From the sequence record PQ415074.1: 64,000 nucleotides of DNA; one strand, given 5' to 3'. The notes beneath the pieces were generated by a model. It worked only from the letters and a program-made list of their open reading frames with translations. It searched no databases and was not told the origin of the DNA. Position numbers and translations under genes: made by a program. Below are positions 39,662 to 48,233 of the stretch, piece after piece. The first letter of the stretch is position 1. Each line of letters starts with the position of its first letter. The DNA is from Pseudomonas phage Baskent_P6.

Positions 39662-40176
39662 CCGCCCGCGAACTGGGCGTAGTCCTGGCTGCGATAGCGC
39701 TGGCTGGCCTGGTGGCCAGCACGCTGACCTATCGGCACCTGTACCAGGACGCCACCGCCAACCTGAAGTCGCTGAGCGACCAGGTGGAGCGGCAGAACGC
39801 CGAGGCTGACGCCAAGCTGGCCGAGCTGACCGCGCAGCGCGACATGAAACAGGCAGCGCTCAATAAGGCCGCTGCCGACCAAGAGAGGAAGGACAACGAT
39901 GCTCAGGCTGAAATCGCTCGCCTTGCTGGTGAGCTGCGCGACCGCCCTGTGCGCGTGCGCATCGTCCCCGCCGCAGGTGGGGGCTGTAGTGGTGGCGCCG
40001 CAGGTGACGCAGCCGGCACCGCCGAAGCTGGTGCAGGAGACTCCGCCTCGGCCTACGGGCTACTACCGGAAGAAAATTCTCGACGCTTTAACGACTCCCT
40101 GAGCGAAGTCGAAACCCTGAGCGCGGCCTACAACTCGTGTCGCGCCCGGTTGATTCCCCAAGAGCCGACCCCGTAG
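39658..40176 (+). CDS. i-spanin (Rz-like)
   Basis: N-terminal TM (LGVVLAAIALAGLVASTL) then coiled-coil periplasmic region; ATG 39658 inside track ORF 39517..40176; overlaps endolysin end. Confidence 0.65.
   Translation: MTARELGVVLAAIALAGLVASTLTYRHLYQDATANLKSLSDQVERQNAEADAKLAELTAQRDMKQAALNKAAADQERKDNDAQAEIARLAGELRDRPVRVRIVPAAGGGCSGGAAGDAAGTAEAGAGDSASAYGLLPEENSRRFNDSLSEVETLSAAYNSCRARLIPQEPTP
39899..40102 (+). CDS. o-spanin (Rz1-like lipoprotein) embedded in the +1 frame of the i-spanin gene
   Basis: Signal peptide with lipobox LVSC, Pro-rich mature part; RBS gaggaagga; fully embedded in the Rz gene. Confidence 0.65.
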   Translation: MLRLKSLALLVSCATALCACASSPPQVGAVVVAPQVTQPAPPKLVQETPPRPTGYYRKKILDALTTP

Positions 40177-40186
40177 GGAGGAAACC

Positions 40187-40780
40187 ATGGCCTACACCGC
40201 ATATCGGGTGCTCAAGGCACCTATCGACCAGATCGAGCGCTTCATGACCGAGGCCATCGCCGATGGCTGGCAGCCGCTCGGTGCACCTATCCTGCTTTAC
40301 CCCGACGACAAGGCCGTCTACCAGGCTTTGGTCAAGGGCACGCCGGATGGTAGTGGCACCGGACCTGTCACCATCGTGGTGGAGGACATCACCGATGCTT
40401 CTGTCATCGGCAAATCTCTGCTGACGGCCGTCAACGAGGAAGACGGGCGTGCAGCAATCGGGGCCGGCACTTCTAATCTGCAGTTGGGCATTACCGCAAC
40501 CACCGCCAAAGCGGGAAACTATGCGCCTGCCTGGGGGGATGTGACAGGGAAACCGGCTGTTATTGCGGCTGGTGCTGATGCCGCAACAGCAAGGGAGGCT
40601 ATTGGCGCGGGAACATCCAGCCTTGCGATCGGTACAACCGCTACTACCGCAGCGGCTGGCAACCACAACCATGCAATCGCCGAAGACGCTGGTAGCGGTC
40701 TGGCGGCAGCACCGGATCTGCAAACTGCATTTATAGCGCTTTCCACCCGAATCAAGGCGCTGGAATCCGCAGCGCCATAA
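40187..40780 (+). CDS. DUF1737-type N-terminal domain fused to tail-fibre-like AIGAGTS..G.TATTA.AGNH.H repeats
   Basis: MAYTAYRVLKAPIDQIERFMTEAIADGWQPLG (DUF1737-like), then repeats RAAIGAGTSNLQLGITATTAKAGN / REAIGAGTSSLAIGTTATTAAAGNHNH. RBS gggagg. Confidence 0.5.
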   Translation: MAYTAYRVLKAPIDQIERFMTEAIADGWQPLGAPILLYPDDKAVYQALVKGTPDGSGTGPVTIVVEDITDASVIGKSLLTAVNEEDGRAAIGAGTSNLQLGITATTAKAGNYAPAWGDVTGKPAVIAAGADAATAREAIGAGTSSLAIGTTATTAAAGNHNHAIAEDAGSGLAAAPDLQTAFIALSTRIKALESAAP

Positions 40781-40856
40781 GGCTGTCGTCACAGCGCTGC
40801 ATGGCTGATGCTGGTACGCTTGATACGTACGGAGCTTCAACCAAAGGAAGTTGGTC

Positions 40857-41486
40857 ATGCAGCACCTCAAGGGTTTCTATCGAGCAACGGCCTCACTTGC
40901 CGTGCTCGCTTTGCTGTCTTTCCCTTCAGCCTCGGCAGCTCAGGTATACCGATGCGTCGATGCCGCTGGAAAGGTCACATTTTCGGATCAAGGTTGCGCG
41001 GGCGGTCACTCGTCCTCGGCCATTGATGTCGCCCCCGCGAACACCCTCGACAGCTCGCAGTACCGAAGTCCGTTGCCTCAACCTGAGGTGCCATATCGCG
41101 TTGCGCCTTCGGTGCGGTCTGGCGTTCAAGTCAACGTCGTCGGGGGCGACAACGATGCAGAACGTGAGCGGAAAAGGCTTTGCAAAGAGGCCTCGACGCC
41201 CTATCCCGGATCTCGTGGAGGGCTGACCTCTGCTCAGCTTGCCGCCGCCGCGCAGTTGTGCGCGGGTGTTTCAGTTCCTATGCCTGCTACACCCGCGCCG
41301 GCCGGTGGCAGTGCAAGGCGAGCACCGACGGCACCTGGAGCACCAGGAGTCCTTACCAGTTGTGATGACAGTGGGTGCTGGGACAGCAACGGGGCTAGGT
41401 ACAACCGAGGCGCTGGAAATACTCACTTCCCGGCGAATGGTGGGCCAGCGTGTGAGCTTGTTGGCGGGAACATGGTGTGCCCCTGA
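40857..41486 (+). CDS. Secreted DUF4124-like protein (moron)
   Basis: Signal peptide LAVLALLSFPSASAAQ then VYRCVDAAGKVTFSDQGC, the characteristic DUF4124 N-terminus. Confidence 0.6.
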   Translation: MQHLKGFYRATASLAVLALLSFPSASAAQVYRCVDAAGKVTFSDQGCAGGHSSSAIDVAPANTLDSSQYRSPLPQPEVPYRVAPSVRSGVQVNVVGGDNDAERERKRLCKEASTPYPGSRGGLTSAQLAAAAQLCAGVSVPMPATPAPAGGSARRAPTAPGAPGVLTSCDDSGCWDSNGARYNRGAGNTHFPANGGPACELVGGNMVCP

Positions 41487-41523
41487 AGTTGTAGACTACG
41501 GCCTTTTCCTACGGAGCAGGGCG

Positions 41524-41790
41524 ATGCTGGTGATTCGATTGGCGGGGAAGTGGACGTTAAAGCTGGACCGCCAGATAGGCAGTTCCGGCAAGCACGGGAT
41601 ATGGGCATTCCACTGCTCTGAAAGCACTTTCGCGCCGTCTTCGAACGACCTCCGGCGCACTGCGGCGATACTTCCAGCCGAGCCCAAAGAGGGCCAGGCA
41701 GTGGAAGTGTCGATCTGCGAAAGCCCGCACTCGCCGGATGGATGGATCGCCGTCGGCTCAGGCGTAGCAGCCTACGAAGCGGAGCGCTGA
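41524..41790 (+). CDS. Hypothetical small protein (88 aa)
   Basis: Internal ATG of track ORF 41239..41790; weak support. Confidence 0.25.
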   Translation: MLVIRLAGKWTLKLDRQIGSSGKHGIWAFHCSESTFAPSSNDLRRTAAILPAEPKEGQAVEVSICESPHSPDGWIAVGSGVAAYEAER

Positions 41791-41793
41791 AAG

Positions 41794-42306
41794 TCAGGCC
41801 CACCGCCATGGCCGGAAGTCGCTGGGGATCTGCTCGTCAAGCAGCAGCGTGCCGCCGGCGTCGAGTTCGATCACCAGGCCACGCACGACGCCGGCGCGCT
41901 CAAGCGCCTGGCCCAGGCGCAGATAGGTCATTCCATCCAGCGGATCCCGGCTGATGCAGCCCAGGCGCTGTCGCCCAGGAGCAGGCGCATGGTAGATCCC
42001 CTCGCTATCCACCGCCCCAACGACATTGCCGGCGTCGATCACGTCGTAGCAGCAGTCGGCGCAGTAGTGCGTCTCGCGCGTTATGCCGTGCTCGATCGCC
42101 CATGAGTACATGCCAAGTGCATCCGTGACCATATCGTGGCGGTCCTGCAGGCTCACTATTCCGCACTGGTAGAGCTCGTTTGCCTCGCCCACCAGGTACA
42201 GGTACTGCTCATTCGCGGCGTACAGCCATGCTGCGTGCTGACGTATCGCAGCGAGCCATCGTGTGACACGCTCGTGCTGGCGGCGGCGGGGGTCGGAGTA
42301 GGACAT
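41794..42306 (-). CDS. Hypothetical 170-aa protein with a LexA box in its upstream region (motif HYCADCCYD)
   Basis: ATG at 42306; perfect LexA box 37 nt upstream; last gene before attP. Confidence 0.55.
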   Translation of the reverse strand: MSYSDPRRRQHERVTRWLAAIRQHAAWLYAANEQYLYLVGEANELYQCGIVSLQDRHDMVTDALGMYSWAIEHGITRETHYCADCCYDVIDAGNVVGAVDSEGIYHAPAPGRQRLGCISRDPLDGMTYLRLGQALERAGVVRGLVIELDAGGTLLLDEQIPSDFRPWRWA

Positions 42307-42309
42307 GGG

Positions 42310-42726
42310 AATCTCCGGCAGTCGGGTGGGCCGGAAATTATGCTGTATGAATATACAGTGTATGTGACTGACCGACGAATGGATCGGTTCGGGGTCACCA
42401 TGAAAACAGTCCCATGCAATAGCAGTTTCTGCGTGTTAAAGGTAGAATTTCGCAGCCAAAATGAAATAGTACATTGACTAGTACATTTTCCTTTTGATAA
42501 ATTCATTTTAGCTTTACAAATCAAGGTGTTAGGCGCTCGGTTGGGTTCTCTCCGTCCGCACCATACTTCTCTTTCGCTATCCTTCGCGATCCTTCGCAAG
42601 CGCAGTAACTCCGGGGCTTTCAGCCGATTAGTCTCTTCCGTTGGCTTCCGCCACAATTCGCCACCAGCCGCGTTTTTTTAGTACATTCCTTAGTACATCT
42701 GAATTTGGTTTTTCCGGGAATGTACT
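42310..42726. other. attP region: AT-rich, non-coding, 4 direct and 1 inverted AGTACAT(T) arm-type repeats and an ATCCTTCGC direct duplication
   Basis: atagtacattgactagtacatttt (42459..42486), tttttagtacattccttagtacatctg (42676..42703), gaatgtactatg (42718..42729, inverted); ctatccttcgcgatccttcgcaag (42574..42597). Immediately 5' of the integrase. Confidence 0.6.
42343..42358. promoter_or_regulatory. LexA/SOS box CTGTATGAATATACAG (perfect CTGT-N8-ACAG palindrome)
   Basis: Read directly at 42343..42358, upstream of the - strand gene 41794..42306. Confidence 0.65.
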
Positions 42727-43962
42727 ATGCCGCTCACGGATACTGCTGTCCGCCAGGCAAAAGCAGAAGCTAAAGACTACACCCTCGCCGACATTGACGG
42801 CCTCTCTCTCTTCGTTTCTCACAAGGGCACCAAAAGCTGGCACTTCCGCTTTTCGTTGAATGGCCAGCAGAAGCGAGTGTCGCTTGGGACGTATCCCGAG
42901 TTGAGCCTGCGTGATGCCCGGCAGCGCCGTGACGAGGCACGTTCGTTGGTGGCCCAAGGTATCGATCCGCGGGGGCAGCATCGAGCGGACCGGAAGACGG
43001 TCAGCGTCGAGGAGACGTTTCGACACGTGGCTGAACAGTGGCTGGAGTTGAAACAGGGGCGCTGGGCGGACGATAGCCGGAAAGGCAGCGCAAACCAGGC
43101 GCGCAGAGTACTGGACAATGACCTATACCCGGCCCTGGCGAACATGAAGTTTCGCGAAATTCACCGTCGTGACCTGGCTGCGGTTGTCGGAGCCATCGAG
43201 CGCCGGGGAGCGCTGCACGTCGCGGAGAAGGCGCGGAGTTGGTTACGCCAGATCTTCCGCGTTGGGATCGCGGCCGGATTACGAGAGGACAACCCTGCCT
43301 CGGACCTGGACATTCTGGCGAAAGAACAGCCGCCGACTGAGCACAATCCGATTCTTGCGCATGATGGCGAAGAGCTTCCAGCCCTTCTTGTGAGACTGCG
43401 GTCTTACCAAGGGTCCGAGATCACAAGGATCGCCGTTCGTCTGATGCTTCTGACCGCGGTACGTACGATTGAGCTTCGAAAGGCTGCGCCGGCAGACTTC
43501 GATCTAGAAAAGGGGATATGGACTGTCCCGCCCGGAAGGGTGAAGCAATTGCGCGGCAAGGTGCGCAAGGACGGGGAAGAGGTGCCTCCGTACATCGTGC
43601 CGCTGTCGCGGCAAGCGATTGAGGAGGTCAGGCGGTTGCTGCAGAAGACGGGAAAATACCCGTTCGCGTTCGCAGGTCGAAATGATCCGACGAAGATGAT
43701 GAGCGAGAACACCATCAACCAGGCGATCAAGCGCCTTGGGTTCGATGGGCTGCTGACTGGTCATGGGTTGCGAGGGACTTTCTCCACTGCGCTGCATGAA
43801 ATGGGCTACGACACGACGTTGATCGAGGGCCAGCTTTCCCATGCCGATCCCAACAAGACGCGGGCGGCATACAACCATGCCGCGCACGTTGAGCGTCGAA
43901 GGGCGATGATGCAAGACTGGGCTGATTATCTTGATCGGTTGGAGCAGGCTGCCCCGGAGTGA
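42727..43962 (+). CDS. int: Tyrosine integrase (P4-type, DUF4102-like N-terminal arm-binding domain)
   Basis: N-terminal LTDTAVRQAK...DGLSLFVSHKGTKSWHFRF (DUF4102 type); catalytic box R...HGLRGT...ER..HA...Y near the C-terminus. Confidence 0.9.
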   Translation: MPLTDTAVRQAKAEAKDYTLADIDGLSLFVSHKGTKSWHFRFSLNGQQKRVSLGTYPELSLRDARQRRDEARSLVAQGIDPRGQHRADRKTVSVEETFRHVAEQWLELKQGRWADDSRKGSANQARRVLDNDLYPALANMKFREIHRRDLAAVVGAIERRGALHVAEKARSWLRQIFRVGIAAGLREDNPASDLDILAKEQPPTEHNPILAHDGEELPALLVRLRSYQGSEITRIAVRLMLLTAVRTIELRKAAPADFDLEKGIWTVPPGRVKQLRGKVRKDGEEVPPYIVPLSRQAIEEVRRLLQKTGKYPFAFAGRNDPTKMMSENTINQAIKRLGFDGLLTGHGLRGTFSTALHEMGYDTTLIEGQLSHADPNKTRAAYNHAAHVERRRAMMQDWADYLDRLEQAAPE

Positions 43963-44196
43963 TCACTCCGGGGCTCCCGCTTCGTTTGCCGGCGCCGGCG
44001 GCGTCCAGGTTCCGTTGCAGTACTGGTCGATTTCAACCTCTGCCCAGCGAGTGGCGCGGCCAAACTTGCGCCCTTTGGGGAAGTCCCCTTTCTTCATATG
44101 GTCGTAGATGAACGTGGTACCCATCCCCGTTCTCAACTTGACCATATTCAAGTCGATGAAGCGGGGGACGTCTTGGTGCTGCTGGGTGTTGCGCAT
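43963..44196 (-). CDS. alpA: AlpA-family phage transcriptional regulator/excisionase
   Basis: RFIDLNMVKLRTGMGTTFIYDHMKKGDFPKGRKFGRATRWAEVEIDQY matches the AlpA HTH pattern; convergent with int. Confidence 0.75.
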   Translation of the reverse strand: MRNTQQHQDVPRFIDLNMVKLRTGMGTTFIYDHMKKGDFPKGRKFGRATRWAEVEIDQYCNGTWTPPAPANEAGAPE

Positions 44197-44570
44197 AGAG
44201 ATACCTCCCGGGTCCATTGATACGGACCGGGTGAAAGTTGGGTTTCGAGGTAACGGTTAGTCAGTACCGGCCCGGCCGGAAACGGCGTTCCCGGCAGGAT
44301 GCCCAGGGCGTCGGTGGCGCGTTGGACGATGTTGAGCGCCACTTGCAGCGCCGCCGCGTCGTCTTGCATTCGCATGAGCGCGGTCATCTTGGGCCGGTGC
44401 TCGGCACACACTCTGTCGCGAAGCTGACCGGCGGCGCGGCGAACAGCGTCGGCCGTGCCGTGGTGCTGGAGCACCAGGGCCATGACCAGTACCACGTCGA
44501 CGCTGTGCATTTGCATCGTTGTGGTCCGCAGGAGCCAGCGGGGAAGGGCGATGCCTGGTTTCTGCTTCAT
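44148..44570 (-). CDS. Hypothetical protein; overlaps the alpA start by about 49 nt, so boundaries uncertain
   Basis: ORF only. Confidence 0.25.
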   Translation of the reverse strand: MKQKPGIALPRWLLRTTTMQMHSVDVVLVMALVLQHHGTADAVRRAAGQLRDRVCAEHRPKMTALMRMQDDAAALQVALNIVQRATDALGILPGTPFPAGPVLTNRYLETQLSPGPYQWTREVSLCATPSSTKTSPASST

Positions 44571-44681
44571 CCGAAGCACCCCGTCTGCCAGGCCGCCAGC
44601 GTGCGGAGGATCGGGAATATCTCCACCAGCCCTACCACGGCCAGGGCGAGGGCAGCGATGATGCCGAGGGCGGTCAGCGCT

Positions 44682-46676
44682 CTACGCATCGCTTGGCCCT
44701 CCCTGACTCGCCGCTGCCCGGTCAAGGCGCTCGATCTCAGCCAGCGCCAGGGCACAGGCCTTGACCATATCGCGTCGAGCAGTGCTCGGCTTCCACCACT
44801 GTTCATCCCACGGCCATGCCAGCGACACCAGCAGGGCGGCGGTTCCATCGTTCGGAGCGCTGGAGCCGGCCAGGGCGTAGCAGGCGGCGGCGCGGGCCAT
44901 CTGGCCGTGGCTGTGCGCATCGTCATGCTCCGGCGTCCAGCCCTCGACCTCGACCTGCCGCTTCCGCTCTGCCTGCACGTCGAGCCATGCTTGCGGCACT
45001 TCCTTGCCGGGCGCGGCGGCGAGAGATCGCAGGCCATCATGGATGGCTCGCAGGTCGTCGTCGGTCGGCTCTGTGCGCAGGTACAGAACTACGGAGCGCG
45101 GATAGGCGAAGTCTCGTCCGATCCCTGACACCTCCGGCACGCAGTGCTGAGCCTGGGCGGGCGGGGCGGTGATGTTCGCCTCCGCGACCAACTCGTAACG
45201 GCCCCCACACTCCGGGCACGCCGCGACCATGCAGTTCTCGCGTCCGCATCTTGGGCACTTGTCCTCGTCCGGTTCCGGTCCAGTCCAGCGGCAATCGTGG
45301 CAAGCGGCGTATTCGGCGGAATCGTTGATGCCGATGTGCCGGCAGTTCACGCACTGGCGAGCCTCGGCATAGCCCGCGCTGTGCTGAGCCTGGGCTACAG
45401 GGGTTGTGTAGAGCGGAGCGAAGCAATCATCGTCTGGCATGGCATACGCATAGCTGCTTGCGGCGGCATCAGCGTTCCCGGCACGATGCTCGGCGAACCG
45501 GTCAAGTGCTTTGCGCGTCATCCATGCCGCAGGCTCCTGCTTCTCCAGTTCGGCCAGCTTCGCCTCCAGCTCCGCGACCCTGGCCTGGGCGGCGGCGCGC
45601 TCTTGCTCTGCCGTTGCGCAGGCCGTTGCTACTTCGTGCAGGCGGGAGTTGGCGGCGTCGCGTTCGGAGCGCAGCCGCTCGTAGGAGTAGCCGCCCTCGA
45701 AAGCTCGGATGATTGCGCGTAGACGCCCGACCTCGGCCATAGCTGCGTCGTAGCGGTCTCGCACTTCTTCGTAGTCGCGGGCCTCCGCAGAGGAGGGTTG
45801 CGCCAGGGCGGCGCGGGCTTGCCACGCGGCCCAGCAGCGTTGCGTCAAGGGGTCATCGTAGACGAACTGACCGAAGCAGGCGGCTTCGAGATAGCGCTCG
45901 TCGGCGAAGGTTTCGCCATCCAACTGAGGCGGGAGGTCAAAGGTGTGCATCCACGCCTCGAACTCCTCGCGCTCATCCCCGCCTGCCTGCTCTACCAATG
46001 CAGGCGAGTCACGAAGCGGTGTGCCGGCCAGGCCCTTGGCGGCCAGGTAGTTGGTGGCGCGCGCCACCAGGTTGCTTTCCGGGGCATGCCGCTTCAGGGA
46101 ACTGGCCAGCATGCGAACCAGCATTGCTAGTTCCTGGGTGCGTTGTCCCTCGGCGCGGCCGATGTCGTAGAACGGACGAAGCCAGTGATCCGCCGCCGGC
46201 GGCTGGCTGGCCTGGGCGCCGAAGGCCAGCGCGCCGGTGATGGCGTCTGCGATGACCTGGCGCTGGTCGATTGCCGACTGGGCAGGCATGTCATTGCCGT
46301 GCGCATTGCAAATCGCCGCCATGTTGCGTAGAGACTCCAGCAACTCTTCCTTGTCAGGGTTTATTCCGGTGTCATGGCCGATGGCTTCCCATGCTTCCAG
46401 TACCGTGATCACCTCCGACCGGAAACCGGAGTACCAGAGTTTCACGGCATCTTCCTTGGCGAGCGGGTAGCTGAGGCCTGCGGCGATCAACTGGTCTTCG
46501 GACGGCGGCGCCTGGTCATTGATGAGGGCCAGCAGGCTCTCGGCTGAGGAGTGAACGTCGTCGAGGTCCGTTGACCAGCGCTGCGGGCTGGTCTCGTGGA
46601 TGTTGTCCAGGGCTTCGACGATGCCGCGCAGGCGGATGGTGCACTGCTCGATCAGTTGGTGTTGGGTAGAGGACAT
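44682..46676 (-). CDS. Hypothetical 664-aa early protein with clustered Zn-ribbon motifs
   Basis: CVNCRH..CHDCRW....CPRCGRENCMVAACPECGG read in the translation; Met MSSTQHQ chosen as start. Confidence 0.5.
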   Translation of the reverse strand: MSSTQHQLIEQCTIRLRGIVEALDNIHETSPQRWSTDLDDVHSSAESLLALINDQAPPSEDQLIAAGLSYPLAKEDAVKLWYSGFRSEVITVLEAWEAIGHDTGINPDKEELLESLRNMAAICNAHGNDMPAQSAIDQRQVIADAITGALAFGAQASQPPAADHWLRPFYDIGRAEGQRTQELAMLVRMLASSLKRHAPESNLVARATNYLAAKGLAGTPLRDSPALVEQAGGDEREEFEAWMHTFDLPPQLDGETFADERYLEAACFGQFVYDDPLTQRCWAAWQARAALAQPSSAEARDYEEVRDRYDAAMAEVGRLRAIIRAFEGGYSYERLRSERDAANSRLHEVATACATAEQERAAAQARVAELEAKLAELEKQEPAAWMTRKALDRFAEHRAGNADAAASSYAYAMPDDDCFAPLYTTPVAQAQHSAGYAEARQCVNCRHIGINDSAEYAACHDCRWTGPEPDEDKCPRCGRENCMVAACPECGGRYELVAEANITAPPAQAQHCVPEVSGIGRDFAYPRSVVLYLRTEPTDDDLRAIHDGLRSLAAAPGKEVPQAWLDVQAERKRQVEVEGWTPEHDDAHSHGQMARAAACYALAGSSAPNDGTAALLVSLAWPWDEQWWKPSTARRDMVKACALALAEIERLDRAAASQGGPSDA

Positions 46677-46773
46677 GGTGGTGTCTCCGGTTGCTCCGGC
46701 GCCGGCGGCCGGCAGCGGAAGCATTTGCACAGGCCTATCCGTTGGCCCGTGGTGCGGCAGATGGTGGGGCGGT

Positions 46774-47280
46774 TCATTTCGTGGCGTCTTGCTTCATGGC
46801 TTTGGCGTGGCCGACGCAGGTGCGGACCGGGCTGCCCTGGTCGTCTAGGTCGGCGTGGCAGTAGAACCGGCTGAGTTCCTGCCGGCAGTAGATGGCATCG
46901 GAGGTGGTGACCGGCGAGGTGTTCGCCGGGGTGCCGAGACGATAGGCACAGCCGGCGCACGTGCCGCGTGGGTCCACAGTGGCGGCCAGGACAACACCTT
47001 GCAGCGCTCCGAACATCGTCGGCAGGTTCGCCTGCTCCGCGGTGTGCGGGTGTTCGCCACGCTCGATGAGGATCAACTCGACCATCGCTCGGCAGTTCTC
47101 GGCGATGGCGTTGGCCATGCCCAGCACCTGGGCGAACAGGTCGAGCATGGCGGCCAGGTTGCGCTGGGCGGCCATTTTCTCCAGCACCTGGCGGCGCAGG
47201 TCCGCCGGCAGAAGAACGGCACCGGCCAGTTCGTGCGCGTCGGCGGCACTGATCTGGTAGTCGACAGGGGGCTCAGCCAT
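46774..47280 (-). CDS. Hypothetical protein (168 aa)
   Basis: ORF; overlaps downstream start. Confidence 0.45.
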   Translation of the reverse strand: MAEPPVDYQISAADAHELAGAVLLPADLRRQVLEKMAAQRNLAAMLDLFAQVLGMANAIAENCRAMVELILIERGEHPHTAEQANLPTMFGALQGVVLAATVDPRGTCAGCAYRLGTPANTSPVTTSDAIYCRQELSRFYCHADLDDQGSPVRTCVGHAKAMKQDATK

Positions 47281-47467
47281 AGTTCCTCCTGGGGGTTATT
47301 CGTAGGGACCGGCCATGGTTGAGCTGTCGGAACTCGGTGCAGATGACGATCACGTCGGGACCGTCACGGCGGTGGACCGGCATCGTGCTGAAGTCGAAGC
47401 TCGAACAGTCGTCCAGGCGTCGCTCGCAGGCGCGGCAGCGCCCGCCCTTGGGGTAGAAGTTGGGCAT
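47273..47467 (-). CDS. Small Cys-containing hypothetical protein (64 aa)
   Basis: Internal ATG (MPNFYPKGGRCRACERRLDDC); weak. Confidence 0.3.
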   Translation of the reverse strand: MPNFYPKGGRCRACERRLDDCSSFDFSTMPVHRRDGPDVIVICTEFRQLNHGRSLRITPRRNYG

Positions 47468-47474
47468 GGTTGGC

Positions 47475-48233
47475 TCAGGTGAAGAGGGTGGGCTGGGCGC
47501 TCTTGTCCAGCGACTGCTGGATCTTGGTGAAGGCCTCGGGGTGCTGCTGGTCGAACGCTGGCATGCGGGGCGACTCAACCCAGGTGCCGCGCTCGGCGCC
47601 CTTGTCGAGCCAGGATCGTGTCCAGTTCGTCGCGCTGACGCCGCATTCGGCGATCTGCTTCGTGGTGATGAAGCCCTGGCGGCGTAGCGTGGCGATCACC
47701 TTCAGCGCGCCTTCCTTCCATTGGGTGAGCCGCAGCGGAGCCGGAACGCCGGCGGGCACGTCGGGGACCACGATCGGGACATGGCAGCGTTCCGCGGGGT
47801 TCCAGTCGAAGATGTTGGGCTCGTTGAAGTGCTTGACCCAATGGGATAGGCCGAAGTCGGGCCCTTCGACGTAACCCCCGTTGCGTCGCACGTAGCCACG
47901 GTGCGGCGCAAGAACCGCTACGCCGCACATTTCAAGCAGGCGCGCGATTCTGTGGCTGGCCTCGGTGATCCGCCCGACAATGACCAGGCGGTGATCTGGC
48001 CCGGGCGCCCCGTACCGGTCCTGCCAGTACTGCGGCAGGATCTGGTCGGCCACCTTGGCGTTCAACTGCAGCTTGGCCTCGACGCCGATCTGCCGGCCAT
48101 CCTCATGGACCACCAGGATGTCGAACCCTGCAGTCTCCGGGTAGCAGGTCCAGCCAGGGACTCGGTTGAACTCGTCGATGAACGCCGCGCAGAGTTCGGC
48201 CTCGCTCTGCACCAGCGGGGCCTGGCTCTTCAT
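47475..48233 (-). CDS. PD-(D/E)xK-type nuclease-like protein
   Basis: DFDILVVHEDGRQIGVEAKLQ contains a D-x(n)-E-x-K signature; ATGA coupling to the upstream gene. Confidence 0.45.
   Translation of the reverse strand: MKSQAPLVQSEAELCAAFIDEFNRVPGWTCYPETAGFDILVVHEDGRQIGVEAKLQLNAKVADQILPQYWQDRYGAPGPDHRLVIVGRITEASHRIARLLEMCGVAVLAPHRGYVRRNGGYVEGPDFGLSHWVKHFNEPNIFDWNPAERCHVPIVVPDVPAGVPAPLRLTQWKEGALKVIATLRRQGFITTKQIAECGVSATNWTRSWLDKGAERGTWVESPRMPAFDQQHPEAFTKIQQSLDKSAQPTLFT

Noticed and set aside
42540-42566. Possible tRNA/tmRNA 3'-end (…ccgtccgcacca) as integrase core site in attP
   Set aside because: Tried to fold as T-arm/acceptor stem; no complementary T-stem (ctcgg vs ctctc) and no GTTC-type T-loop; does not resemble a tRNA 3' end.
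44196-44217. Longer AlpA start (MDPGGIS…) from the track ORF
   Set aside because: AlpA-family proteins have about 10 residues before the HTH; MRNTQQ at 44196 fits, the longer form adds an unconserved extension and increases overlap with the upstream ORF.
44238-45128. 296-aa plus-strand ORF opposite the 664-aa early gene
   Set aside because: Antisense to a well-supported minus-strand gene within a unidirectional operon; Arg/Gly/Ala-rich composition typical of GC-rich antisense frames. The same reasoning was applied to most other overlapping or antisense track ORFs not listed as features.
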